From contig CAXXUO010000009.1 in the NCBI GenBank assembly GCA_963666485.2, positions 64,001-128,000 of the forward strand: a DNA stretch of 64,000 bases. Reading direction: 5' to 3'. A model generated the notes under the pieces. It worked only from the letters and a program-made list of their open reading frames with translations. It ran no database searches and was not told the DNA's origin. This DNA is from Syntrophorhabdaceae bacterium. Lineage in GTDB: Bacteria; Desulfobacterota; Syntrophorhabdia; Syntrophorhabdales; Syntrophorhabdaceae. The position numbers and the translations under genes were made by a program. Positions 31,441-41,133 of the stretch are shown here, one piece after another (within the stretch, counting starts at the first letter, position 1; each line of letters opens with the position of its first letter).

Positions 31441-32754
31441 TTATGAGACCGTCCTCAGACTTTCTATTAAAACTCTTATGTTCTCGTAGTTTGGGCAGCC
31501 ACCGCATTTACTAAAATCGTCGTTTCTAGAAATAGCTGGCTGGTCTAAGGAATTATCAGACGATGGTAATATTTTAACATCCCCTTCATGTCCGATATTA
31601 TTAAGTTTATCACGGGATCTACGCCGAATTTCCTTTGAAAGTGGTAATCCTACTTGACGTTCAATTGAATTGAAAAACATGGCTTTTGTTTCGTTATCGA
31701 CAAAATCATCTCTCCGTCCGTTGGGAATAAGACGTTCCGATATCACGTGAATTTCTCCGGTGAGATAGCCATTAAATCTGGGTTCTTTAAAGCATTGGTC
31801 TAACAGGTGACCATCGCCCAATTGTATATTACCAACCCGAACTCTTATTCCTCCCACTCCGCTTTCTCGGTGAATTGCGCCTAAAAGATGATCTCGAACG
31901 CCATACCAGCCGCATGCTAAGGGTGTCTGCGAGTCGTCGGGCAAAAATAGTCTTTCGAAATCTAGAATTGAGTCATGTCCTCCCTTGGTCAAAGAAACGT
32001 GATCCATATATTTCTTAAATATGGGTTGACCATTCAAGATAATGGAATACGCACGATAATCATTTGTCTTTTCTTTAACGAACTCATTAATCCGTTCGCT
32101 AAATGAAAAAATCGTAGGATCAAAGGGTACGGGTGCAACCTCAGCGAGATAATCAGCTACTCTGCGATAGTCGAGCAGATGATTCCTAAAACTGGATACT
32201 CCCATTAAAGTGATTTCAAAGTAACTGCCAGAAGGACGTTTATGATTGTACTGTTCGGTTTCAACAACTTGTTTGTACAAATCATCAAGCTTGCCGAATC
32301 TTTTTGATCTATCTGTAAGAAGCTGCCTAAGCCTGAGACAGTCCCATGTCTGTACGGTTTCGATTATTTCCCCTTTAGCTTTTGTTCTAAAAACAGCTTT
32401 TTCCGCAAAAGCCAGTCCCCCCAATCGTCCGATACCTCTAAAGCCTCTTTGTTTCAATCCGCCTTTGCTACTAATACCAATGCTGGAAAGGATATAGGGC
32501 GCATTAGAGGAAGGGATTCCGGCGCCATTATCCTTTATTACGATGCTTTTGCTTGTAGGGTCTAGGTCTATATTAATTTGACCGCGAGCAGCATTAGACA
32601 AAAGATCAATGGAATCGACCGCATTTTGTACATATTCACGGTACATTGATAATGGGTCAATATACATGCCTGCTGTCAAAGTTTCCAATAAGTATATTCC
32701 AAGAAAAAAAGTCCCATTCCTTTGGGTGTTGTTCATCATCTTTGATCCTTTCAT
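31441..32754 (-). CDS. GHKL/MORC-like (HATPase_c) ATPase
   Basis: REYVQNAVD, DNGAGI, S.K and GFRGIGRLGG motifs; S5-like second domain ending PNGRRDDF; ATGA overlap with the radical SAM gene. Confidence 0.85.
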   Translation of the reverse strand: MKGSKMMNNTQRNGTFFLGIYLLETLTAGMYIDPLSMYREYVQNAVDSIDLLSNAARGQINIDLDPTSKSIVIKDNGAGIPSSNAPYILSSIGISSKGGLKQRGFRGIGRLGGLAFAEKAVFRTKAKGEIIETVQTWDCLRLRQLLTDRSKRFGKLDDLYKQVVETEQYNHKRPSGSYFEITLMGVSSFRNHLLDYRRVADYLAEVAPVPFDPTIFSFSERINEFVKEKTNDYRAYSIILNGQPIFKKYMDHVSLTKGGHDSILDFERLFLPDDSQTPLACGWYGVRDHLLGAIHRESGVGGIRVRVGNIQLGDGHLLDQCFKEPRFNGYLTGEIHVISERLIPNGRRDDFVDNETKAMFFNSIERQVGLPLSKEIRRRSRDKLNNIGHEGDVKILPSSDNSLDQPAISRNDDFSKCGGCPNYENIRVLIESLRTVS

Positions 32755-34157
32755 TCCAGGTCGAAAAGTGCTTCTATATCATGGCCGTTATCGTCAGGAG
32801 CATAATAACTCAAGATTTTCTTAAGCTTACTATTCTTGGACTGCGCGATAAGTTGCCGAAGTCTTGCTTTAGTTTTTCCTTCGCAAAGAATATTAACTAA
32901 TTCGTGTCTTTCACCAGAAGTGAGTCTTTTGTACTTGTTAATCCAATCCATTTCAGTTTGTTGTGGTTGTCTAGAGCGATGCATAAGTAGTTTTTCGGGC
33001 ATATGGAGAATCATCATAAATTCTTCTTCGTCTGCGCCAAAGGCTCTGAAGAAAAAATCTTCTGCGGCCATTACGGAACCCTTTACGACATTTAGAATTC
33101 GCTGAACGCTTCTGATAAATTGCCAGTTCCATTTTGGGCTAATGTACTTCCTATCCTTGGCCGTAATAGGGATATATTTCATAGGAAAAGAATAGATGTG
33201 TAAATTCAACTGTTTATTAAGATCGATTGTAATTTTTAATCTCTTCCATAAATCAACTGGGCTATCATTGTAATTATATAGGATGTAATTTGACAGTCTG
33301 TGTATACCACTTTTAGCGGCGAGCAGTACGCTTCTTCTGTAAATATTTTCAAGCCCAACTTGGTCGAACGCTATACGTAGGGGATTAATTGGGATTTTCG
33401 CGAACAGCTTCATTTGTTCTTCCGTGATGAGTCTAGCATCTATGCCTTGGTTAAAATCTACATATCTTGCCCGACCATTTAATTTTGCATCGGCTTGAAA
33501 TCCTAATTCATATATATCATTGATAATTTTCTCAAATTTCTTTGAGGCGAGGATATTGTTGTCAAAAAATATTAAATCTTTTTTTTCTCCGTAATATTTC
33601 TTAATTTCGTCTACGTATGCAGTTATTCCTTTGTAGTCTATAAATTCAGGCTCTAGTTTGGGAACCCCACAAAATCCGCATTTGTTTACGCATCCTCTTG
33701 TTAAGTATCCAAAATAACTATTCAGAATTGCATACTTATATTTTGTATCGTCAAAAAGGGAATAATCAGGAATCATGTTGTCAATAATATCATCATTGTC
33801 GGTATCGAGAATACCTGGTCGACTCAATACTCTTTCAATTGGCTTCACGCCGGTTTCTCTCCAGAGTTCATCTGCCATGAGGGTTGCCATTATTCCACCA
33901 ACGCGTAATCGGGTTAAATCACCACGCAATAATTTCTTATAATGCAGGATGGTTTTCGTAGTGATGGTCCATTCAAAGGTAAAAAGAGTCGATACATAGA
34001 TACGGTCCCAATATTCGTATTCGATTTCTGGTTGAATACCCTTGACAAATTTCACCTGGTCGCCTTGACGCTTATGATAGGTAGATATCTTCATAAGCCC
34101 CATAGGCGGAAACTTAGTTCTGTAATCTGGTTCAACCAGCAAAATATTTCTTTCCAT
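32751..34157 (-). CDS. radical SAM protein with a B12-binding-like N-terminal domain
   Basis: CxxxCxxC in RGCVNKCGFC; N-terminal ILLVEP...PPMGLMKIS...VGGIMATL; DNN, DFNQGID and RIAFD. Confidence 0.88.
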   Translation of the reverse strand: MERNILLVEPDYRTKFPPMGLMKISTYHKRQGDQVKFVKGIQPEIEYEYWDRIYVSTLFTFEWTITTKTILHYKKLLRGDLTRLRVGGIMATLMADELWRETGVKPIERVLSRPGILDTDNDDIIDNMIPDYSLFDDTKYKYAILNSYFGYLTRGCVNKCGFCGVPKLEPEFIDYKGITAYVDEIKKYYGEKKDLIFFDNNILASKKFEKIINDIYELGFQADAKLNGRARYVDFNQGIDARLITEEQMKLFAKIPINPLRIAFDQVGLENIYRRSVLLAAKSGIHRLSNYILYNYNDSPVDLWKRLKITIDLNKQLNLHIYSFPMKYIPITAKDRKYISPKWNWQFIRSVQRILNVVKGSVMAAEDFFFRAFGADEEEFMMILHMPEKLLMHRSRQPQQTEMDWINKYKRLTSGERHELVNILCEGKTKARLRQLIAQSKNSKLKKILSYYAPDDNGHDIEALFDLE

Positions 34158-34163
34158 GGCTAA

Positions 34164-34192
34164 AATATAACATTAACTTATGTCAAAAACAA
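34164..34192 (-). promoter_or_regulatory. putative sigma70 promoter giving a leaderless radical SAM mRNA
   Basis: TTGTTT-17 bp-TATATT with an extended TG, 6 nt before ATG 34157; no Shine-Dalgarno sequence. Confidence 0.4.
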
Positions 34193-34624
34193 TCCGCAAG
34201 AAAATCCTAATTTGCATCGGATACGTGATGCCTCATATTTTTGCAGCTGTTATCTATTTTAAGTTTATGAACCCAATTAACTAAAATCACCGTTGACTAA
34301 GACGTATTTCAGGCGCACAATTAGTTACGTTAGCCGCCATTAAGTCCTTATCCGTAATTCTGACTTACTACATAACAATTAATATTATTATATAGTTATG
34401 ATTGAAGTGGGTTTTAGTTTTCCCGTGCCGCCTGAAATCATCCTTGGTCGTCTGTCTCGGTAAAGGAACAACGTTAATCTTGGGACAAGAACGTTTTTTG
34501 ATGACTCCATTTATCCTGAAATCACTACTCTCCTTATAGTGTGTATAGAGCTGAATGCTCACCGTATAATTGTGACATTAATGTTATAGAAATCTTACAT
34601 TAATGAAATAAGTTCACTCGAGAC

Positions 34625-34660
34625 ATCCTGGTACCCCCATATTTCAGAGGGTACCAGGAT
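34625..34660 (-). terminator. hairpin at the end of the recombination operon
   Basis: Perfect 12-bp stem ATCCTGGTACCC/GGGTACCAGGAT 10 bp after the DUF932 stop; no U-tract. Confidence 0.5.
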
Positions 34661-34670
34661 ACCAGAATCA

Positions 34671-35597
34671 TTACTTCACCATCTCCAGAATAGTTCCGCC
34701 TACCTTCTGGAGCTTATACCCACCATCCGCCGGCAGTCCCGGATACTGAGACGCTTTCGTGTAAACGTTGATCACATGGTACATCGTCTGGCCATATTCT
34801 TTCGGCAGCGCCCATTCGACCGCCTCTTTCTCTTCCTTCGTCAACTGGAACTGGTTGTTAAAACTGTTGATGGTCGCCTCCGGATGCTCCACCCTGCTCT
34901 CGATCGACAACCTGAACTGGTCTTTCTTGTTGGCGAGTTCTCTTGAGATATCCGAGAAGACTGCCGGAAGCTCATTCAGTATCTTTCCCGATACATGGCG
35001 GTAGGACGCGCTCACCTGCGTCTTCGATACCATCCCGTTCGTGCAGACAAGCCTCAGGACAAAAGCCCCTATCGATAACGCTGCAAGTCCCACTTCGGAA
35101 TTTGCCATCGATATACCAGGAGTCATTCTATCTCCATTTACCGTGAACGTCTCGCGGGTATCGGGAATATTAACCATCATAAACTGTTCGCTGACGGACG
35201 CTTGCACTCTGGCATCAGGGGCGTAACCCAAGGACTTCAGCTTGTCCAGCACCTCAAGGTTGTCGGTGGGAATGTATCTTGGCGTGAAAATAGCTCTGAC
35301 CTCGTCGCCACTGAAACGGAAGAACAGCTGTTCGTTGCGTTCGTGCTGCAGCCAGTAGTTGAGGTTCTCCCTCTGTATCTCCGCCGGACATTTCTTCAGG
35401 TAATAATAGGGTATCCCCAGCCGGTTTGCCATGGACATCTGCGCTATAGGCTTCAAGCTGCGGGGTGAATCCCCTATCAGGATTGTTTCTATTCCTTCGA
35501 ATCTCAGGTCCTTCACCTTGACGTAATCGTCATGATTGTTCACCGACATTGCGTGGATCCTTTCGAACACGTCGCCCAGTGTGGTCATGATGCTCAT
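34671..35597 (-). CDS. DUF932-like phage/plasmid protein
   Basis: GISMANSEVG...LRLVCTNGM motif. Confidence 0.75.
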   Translation of the reverse strand: MSIMTTLGDVFERIHAMSVNNHDDYVKVKDLRFEGIETILIGDSPRSLKPIAQMSMANRLGIPYYYLKKCPAEIQRENLNYWLQHERNEQLFFRFSGDEVRAIFTPRYIPTDNLEVLDKLKSLGYAPDARVQASVSEQFMMVNIPDTRETFTVNGDRMTPGISMANSEVGLAALSIGAFVLRLVCTNGMVSKTQVSASYRHVSGKILNELPAVFSDISRELANKKDQFRLSIESRVEHPEATINSFNNQFQLTKEEKEAVEWALPKEYGQTMYHVINVYTKASQYPGLPADGGYKLQKVGGTILEMVK

Positions 35598-35622
35598 ATA
35601 GTCCTCTCCTTTATGATTGTTC

Positions 35623-35907
35623 TCATGCAGCTCTATTGCCGGTCAGTTCCGGTTTCTTGAGGAGCGTAATCGCCATACGGAGCCGGAACATCCGAGAGAC
35701 GACGGCGTCGACCTCTTGACTTGTCTTATCCTTTTCTACGAGCGCCTTGAGTTCCTTCTCCTGTTCCTTGTAAAGACCGCTTAAGAACTGGACTATTTCC
35801 TCTGGCGGGCGCCCCTTGAGGAGCCGCTTGATGTTGACGATCTTCCTCTCGCCTGACGGGTGCCTTACCACAAGGTACGCCTGCGCCTGCCTTTCCGTTT
35901 TTGTCAT
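35623..35907 (-). CDS. hypothetical protein
   Basis: 94 aa, RBS GAGGA, within the operon. Confidence 0.65.
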   Translation of the reverse strand: MTKTERQAQAYLVVRHPSGERKIVNIKRLLKGRPPEEIVQFLSGLYKEQEKELKALVEKDKTSQEVDAVVSRMFRLRMAITLLKKPELTGNRAA

Positions 35908-35910
35908 GGA

Positions 35911-36261
35911 TTAGTCCTCCTCGTGGACAAAATCTCCGTCGTGGGGGTTCTCGACCCCACTCTTCTGGAGCTTGATGAATTCGATCTGGTTGGCGATAAG
36001 CTTATAAGCGGTCCTTTTCTCGCCCTCAGGTGTCGTCCACTTCTCCTGGTCGAGAGAACCGGATACTCCCACCCTGTCCCCCTTTTGGAGGTACTGTTCC
36101 GCAAGATCAGCGAGCTTGTTGAAGGCGGTTACCTTGATCCAGCTCGTCCTGTCCTTGCCTGACCGGAATGCGAGATTGAAGCTCACGACGTGGGTTCCTT
36201 CCGGCGAGAAGAAGCTCTCCGGATTCTTTCCAAGGTTTCCCGATACTATCGTTATGTTCAT
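35911..36261 (-). CDS. ssb: single-stranded DNA-binding protein
   Basis: SGNLGKNPE...WIKVTAF..LA...YLQKGDRVGVSGSL...W. Confidence 0.9.
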   Translation of the reverse strand: MNITIVSGNLGKNPESFFSPEGTHVVSFNLAFRSGKDRTSWIKVTAFNKLADLAEQYLQKGDRVGVSGSLDQEKWTTPEGEKRTAYKLIANQIEFIKLQKSGVENPHDGDFVHEED

Positions 36262-36315
36262 GATATTCTCCTTGTAAGTGATATATTGTCTGATCTATTG
36301 CGGATCTTTTAGGGG

Positions 36316-36861
36316 TTAAGCGGGCAACTCTGGTTCAACGGCGTTTTTGTTGGTAATGTGGTTGGTAGGTACTGAATCGTCCTCTTTCAAATAATCATCC
36401 GGTCTTCCAAGGTCGAATAGAACGATGGATACAGGGAGGGAAATAGTGGGGTAGAGATGCTCGATTTCCCTTTCAACAAGTTCCCGTGTGCTCCCGTAGG
36501 GACTCTTGTCGCTTCTATGTGCGTTGAGGATAATTATACCCATGTCTATTCTCCCCTTGTCGTAACCAACCTGCAGCCTTAATAAACCGTCTTGGATACA
36601 CTCGTACGATGACAGGTTGCCGTCTATGGCGATACCCCTTTTGAATCCCTTGTAATAGTACCTGCGTCCTTCGAGTATGTTCAGGTCCTCCCTGTGCCTC
36701 CAGTCCATCTCCTCAAGCGCCTGCCGAGTAAGACCTCCGCGATAAACCGATCCGTACAGTGCGTCGTTCAGGTATTCCATGGTGGACTGGACATGTTCAA
36801 CCATGTCCTTTGATATGAGGATAGTTTCCGCTCCCCTGAAATGCATAATTTCAAACGACAT
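36316..36861 (-). CDS. BglII/BstYI-like restriction endonuclease-fold protein, apparently degenerate
   Basis: K.GIAI.....SY....D.LLRLQVGYDKGRIDMGIIIL...LPVSIVLFD layout; no adjacent methyltransferase. Confidence 0.5.
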   Translation of the reverse strand: MSFEIMHFRGAETILISKDMVEHVQSTMEYLNDALYGSVYRGGLTRQALEEMDWRHREDLNILEGRRYYYKGFKRGIAIDGNLSSYECIQDGLLRLQVGYDKGRIDMGIIILNAHRSDKSPYGSTRELVEREIEHLYPTISLPVSIVLFDLGRPDDYLKEDDSVPTNHITNKNAVEPELPA

Positions 36862-37300
36862 CTCTTGCCTCCTTTCCCGTAATTCTTGACACGTTCAGCA
36901 GGTGGTCCCTTATCCGGTACATGTCGCCTATTGCATGTCCCTCTTCGATCTTGGCAATCAATGCTTCGTACTGATTCCGGGTAAAGAACCCGTCCAGATA
37001 TAACCAGGAGCAGAAGAGCATCACATTGAGAAACGACGCCTCACCCATCCCCCATCTCCATACCTTGTACCCGTAGCGCATCTCGCCGAACTTCTCATTG
37101 CAGCCGAGATACCAGAGGTTGTGGTCTCCCGTGATGACATTCCCGTCGTCGTCGAAACAGTTGCCGGAATCCTCCATGAGGAAATCGTATATCTCCTCAC
37201 CCGTCGCCACCCCGTTCGTCATCTTGTCGCTGAAATTGTTTGTGTAAATCTTGCACCAGATACTGACCGGCGCCTTCTTTGCCGGATTGAATGCTATCAT
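36851..37300 (-). CDS. hypothetical protein
   Basis: 149 aa, RBS GGAGG, overlaps the next gene. Confidence 0.7.
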   Translation of the reverse strand: MIAFNPAKKAPVSIWCKIYTNNFSDKMTNGVATGEEIYDFLMEDSGNCFDDDGNVITGDHNLWYLGCNEKFGEMRYGYKVWRWGMGEASFLNVMLFCSWLYLDGFFTRNQYEALIAKIEEGHAIGDMYRIRDHLLNVSRITGKEARDVV

Positions 37301-37310
37301 TAATACCTCC

Positions 37311-39161
37311 TCATTCTTGGGTTCCTACCCCCATGATTTCATCGATGAATACTGATTTCTTGCAGGGTTGTCCCATGTATGTATGGGTATAACTGAGATA
37401 TAAGTGCTTCATCGCCCGCGATATACCCACGAAGACAATGCGCCTTTCTTCTTCTATATCTCCTTTCTTGGTGGGAGTGATACCCTCAACGAGTCCTATG
37501 ACAAATACGGCGGGAAACTCAAGCCCCTTCGCCTTATGAACGGTCATGAGGGAGATCCCTTCTTTGTCGTTCACCATTTCATCTTCGAATGTATCGGTAT
37601 ACTCCAGGAATTTCTCTATGCTCGTGTACCGTGTTGCAGCGAGTTGGAACTGGTTCAAGTTCAATATCTTGACGTCATCAGGGGACGGTATGTCCTCGTC
37701 GCTCACAAACCTGTCATAATCAAGACTTGTCCTTAAGATTCCAATGATCTCAGCCGGCTGCATATTCCCTTCATACTCCATAAGGGGATCCATGAATGAT
37801 ATAAATTCTTTGATGTTCTTCCGGACGTACGGGAGGTCTATCCCTATTTCCTTGAGTCCTCTGTAAAAGTGGACTCTTCTCTTGTTTGAGAATATCTCCA
37901 GTTCCTTGATAAATTTCCTGCTCACGTATCTGTTGGGGATATTCAGGATATCAAGGAGAGCTTCATCTGATTCGTCCGATTCCGGGTTATGAATAACCCT
38001 CAGGTAATTAAGAAGGTGCCTTACCTCAGGACGATTGTAGAAGTTCAATCCATTTTCTATATGGTAGGGTATCTTCAGCCGCGAAAATGTTTCCTCTATA
38101 ACCCGTGACTGAAAATTAGCCCTGTAAAGGACGGCTACATCTTTATAAGAATATCCCCTGTGTTCAACAAGTTCCGTTATCTCGTTGGCAAGGTTCAGTG
38201 CTTCTCCCTCTTCGGATGATGCTTCCAAGGTTATGACATCATCACCGTCAGGGTTATTCGTGGTCAATGTCTTGTCTATTTTCCTCAAGTTGTGCAGGAT
38301 AAGGTTCTGGCACCCTTTGAGAATCTGGGGGGTCGAGCGATAGTTGAGATCCAATATGAATATCTCAGACCCATTAAACATCTTTTCAAAATTGAGTATG
38401 TTCCCTACTGACGCTCCCGTGAAGGCGTAGATTGATTGCCAGTCATCACCGCAGACCCAGAAGCTCGATTCGCTGCCATTTCCGTTGATCAGGGTTTTCA
38501 GTATTTCAAGCTGAACTGGGTTCGTGTCCTGGTATTCGTCGACAAGTAGATGAAGGTAGCGGTCCGCGTATTTGCTTCTTATCTCGGGATTGTCATTGAG
38601 CAGGCGATACGACTCAATTAGAAGGTCGTCGAAGTCCATGAGGTACTTCTTGCCTTTCTCCCTGTCGTACTTCTCGTAGATGTCAGCGATCTTGAGCATC
38701 GTCTTGTCACCTTCATAGAGCGCCCTGAACTCCTCCACGTCAATGAGGTTGTTCTTGGCAAGACTTATTTCGCTCAAGACCATACCAACGGATATATCCT
38801 TGAGTCTCATGTGCTTCATAATGTTCCGAAGAAACACGATCCGATCTTTTCCCGTTAATATCTCAAAGATCTTACCTTCGGACCGTAAAAGGAAGTGGCA
38901 AAATGAATGGATTGTGGACAATGTAACCCTTGACGCCATATCCCCTAATACCGGCACCAGTCTTTGTCTCATCTCTTCAGCCGCATTTCGCGTGAAAGTG
39001 AGTCCCAGGATGTTCTCGGGTGCTACCTTATGTTGTTTCACAAGTATTCCTATCCTCTCCATCATGGTTCTTGTCTTGCCACTTCCTGGCACCGCTATGA
39101 CTGCGGCTATTCCGTTACGAAACTGCGCTGCCTTCTTCTGTTCCCTATTCAAACTCGACAA
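37311..39161 (-). CDS. UvrD/PcrA-like SF1A helicase
   Basis: AVPGSGKT, TFTRNAA, DEYQD, GDDWQSIY, NYRS, TVHKAKGLEF and EEERR. Confidence 0.93.
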   Translation of the reverse strand: MSSLNREQKKAAQFRNGIAAVIAVPGSGKTRTMMERIGILVKQHKVAPENILGLTFTRNAAEEMRQRLVPVLGDMASRVTLSTIHSFCHFLLRSEGKIFEILTGKDRIVFLRNIMKHMRLKDISVGMVLSEISLAKNNLIDVEEFRALYEGDKTMLKIADIYEKYDREKGKKYLMDFDDLLIESYRLLNDNPEIRSKYADRYLHLLVDEYQDTNPVQLEILKTLINGNGSESSFWVCGDDWQSIYAFTGASVGNILNFEKMFNGSEIFILDLNYRSTPQILKGCQNLILHNLRKIDKTLTTNNPDGDDVITLEASSEEGEALNLANEITELVEHRGYSYKDVAVLYRANFQSRVIEETFSRLKIPYHIENGLNFYNRPEVRHLLNYLRVIHNPESDESDEALLDILNIPNRYVSRKFIKELEIFSNKRRVHFYRGLKEIGIDLPYVRKNIKEFISFMDPLMEYEGNMQPAEIIGILRTSLDYDRFVSDEDIPSPDDVKILNLNQFQLAATRYTSIEKFLEYTDTFEDEMVNDKEGISLMTVHKAKGLEFPAVFVIGLVEGITPTKKGDIEEERRIVFVGISRAMKHLYLSYTHTYMGQPCKKSVFIDEIMGVGTQE

Positions 39162-39181
39162 TCTCTCTCACCTCCTTGTAG

Positions 39182-39997
39182 TCATGCTGCATTCTGAAGA
39201 AACCACTCATCACACGCGCTCTTAAAGGAGCAGCCCTTGCACTTCCAGTTGGACGGACTGTCGTTGGGAATGAATACCCCCTTGGAAATACCCGATGCCA
39301 CTTCAATGATCTTCCTCGTAGCGCGTATCTCGTCAATTTTAGACCTTGTTGTATAGTACTGCTCAAACTTAGGGGTTTTCGTCTTGATAAGACAGTCGAA
39401 CCTCAGGATGATCTCTCTGTCTTGATATCCCATTGCTTTAGCCGCCATTTGGTAGAGGGTCAGCTGGAAATTCCTATCCACCTCATCTCGGGAATAGGAC
39501 CTGCCGGATGTCTTGAAATCGGTGATGATAAGGGTTCCCGACGCGTCCTCTTCCATGAGGTCCATTGCGCCTATTATGGGAACGCTGCTTCCGTTGAGGG
39601 TAAAACTGAAGGGTTCTTCTATGGCAAGGATCTCAAATTCATTCTGAGGTCTCTTGTGGTAGTAGGCGGTGAGGAGTTCCTTCCCCTCAAGGAGCAACAC
39701 TTCAAAGGATTTCCCTTCCGCGTACTGGATGTCCTCCCTGTCCTTGGCTATTCCGACCCAATTCTTCTCAAATGACTCATGAATCTCCTTGATGGACAGG
39801 GTCAATCCCGCCATTTGATTTTGATAGATCTCCGCCAGTACGAGATGGATGACGCTTCCAAACTCAAGAGCATCCGGTTTCATCTCCGGTTTCAGTTTGT
39901 CTATCCTCCCGAACTTATACAGGAGTCCGCAATCTAGGTAATCTCCTATGGATGACGCGGACAGGTGCGGCAGCGCTCGTAGATCGTTTAACGACAT
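39182..39997 (-). CDS. RecB/AddB-family PD-(D/E)XK nuclease with four conserved Cys
   Basis: LSASSI..YLDC, GAMDL...ITDFKTS, QL.LY and CKGCSFKSAC; RBS AAGGAGG before ATG 39997. Confidence 0.88.
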   Translation of the reverse strand: MSLNDLRALPHLSASSIGDYLDCGLLYKFGRIDKLKPEMKPDALEFGSVIHLVLAEIYQNQMAGLTLSIKEIHESFEKNWVGIAKDREDIQYAEGKSFEVLLLEGKELLTAYYHKRPQNEFEILAIEEPFSFTLNGSSVPIIGAMDLMEEDASGTLIITDFKTSGRSYSRDEVDRNFQLTLYQMAAKAMGYQDREIILRFDCLIKTKTPKFEQYYTTRSKIDEIRATRKIIEVASGISKGVFIPNDSPSNWKCKGCSFKSACDEWFLQNAA

Positions 39998-40104
39998 TTG
40001 TTTGACCTCCTTACATGGTCTTATGTGCTTGTGTTGAGAGTGGACAGGATGCGTCAACCCCTTTTCACATCCTGTCCGGATGGGGGTGTATGACAGGGGG
40101 TTGA

Positions 40105-41133
40105 TTATGATGCCTGCTGCAGGATGCGGATAAAGGCGGATGCGTCTGACGCCGTGAGGTTCTCTACGGAAAGGTTATACGCCTTCATAGCCAGGTTCTC
40201 CAGGTCCTCCACAGACATGTTGCGTCTTCTGGAGAGGTTGTATATGGCGTTCTTCTGCGCTTCAGATATCATGGGGGAAGGTTTCTGAACGGATTTCCCA
40301 TTGCCATTTTTCTTATCAGGGTTTGCAGGGGTTTTCTCCAGAACGGGTGGTACTTCAACTGGAGTTGCTTGTTCGGATGTTTCCACCGGGATTGCTTCGA
40401 CTTTCTTGCCGTCCCCGTTCTCGGGTTTGACAGCAACCTTCTCCCTCTTGGGGAGTTTCCTTACGTTATCAGGTTTCAGGGCCACTCTTCTGCTATCATT
40501 GTCACCAATGATGTCGTTCAAATCCCCCAGTTCTTCTAATGCGGTCATCCCGATGTTGTCCATGTCACGGAACGCGCGCGCTTTTGCCCGTGTGCTTGCC
40601 ATGCGGATCAGGTGTTTGGCAACCTTGGCGTTGCAATTGTACGGATTCGCATCTCCGATATCGGCAAATCTTCTCCCATCAACTGTCTCGACCCTTGCCT
40701 TGCAGATCGCGGTGTTGCCGTTCTCGTTTGTCGGGTTCTGGATAAGCTCCACGTCGACCGTGCAGAGGTTCTTCTGGTGCGCAACATCGAGCAGTCCTGC
40801 ATAGAGCACGAAGTCCTTGTCATCGATCCTCTTGATGAACGTGTCTTCGAGTTTGGGTCTCCACCTCTCCAGGAACCGGACGTTCTGGGGGTCACCCTCA
40901 GTCACCGACGCCATCACCGCCATGACGTGCTTGCACCTGAAGGTCGTGTCGTTCTTGAACCCTCGGGAGAAGTCCCCACAGTTGCAGTAGTAATCGGTTT
41001 CGTTGTTGTAGCACACCTTGTAGCATATCTTCCCTTCTTCGGACTCCACGTAGAACCAGGGGGAGTCCTCCAAACGGAAGACCTTGAGGTTCTGTGAGCG
41101 TTCGCTTCTCTTGATCGCTTCCTTGTTCGTCAT
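40105..41133 (-). CDS. SWIM zinc-finger protein with a Rad52/ERF-like annealing domain
   Basis: CNC..F...CKH SWIM motif; AICKARV...F.DIGDA...RMASTRAKARA. Confidence 0.65.
   Translation of the reverse strand: MTNKEAIKRSERSQNLKVFRLEDSPWFYVESEEGKICYKVCYNNETDYYCNCGDFSRGFKNDTTFRCKHVMAVMASVTEGDPQNVRFLERWRPKLEDTFIKRIDDKDFVLYAGLLDVAHQKNLCTVDVELIQNPTNENGNTAICKARVETVDGRRFADIGDANPYNCNAKVAKHLIRMASTRAKARAFRDMDNIGMTALEELGDLNDIIGDNDSRRVALKPDNVRKLPKREKVAVKPENGDGKKVEAIPVETSEQATPVEVPPVLEKTPANPDKKNGNGKSVQKPSPMISEAQKNAIYNLSRRRNMSVEDLENLAMKAYNLSVENLTASDASAFIRILQQAS

Noticed and set aside
39182..39997. Cas4 / CRISPR-Cas assignment
   Set aside because: No cas1/cas2 and no repeat-spacer array were seen; the helicase-SSAP context favours a RecB-family nuclease.
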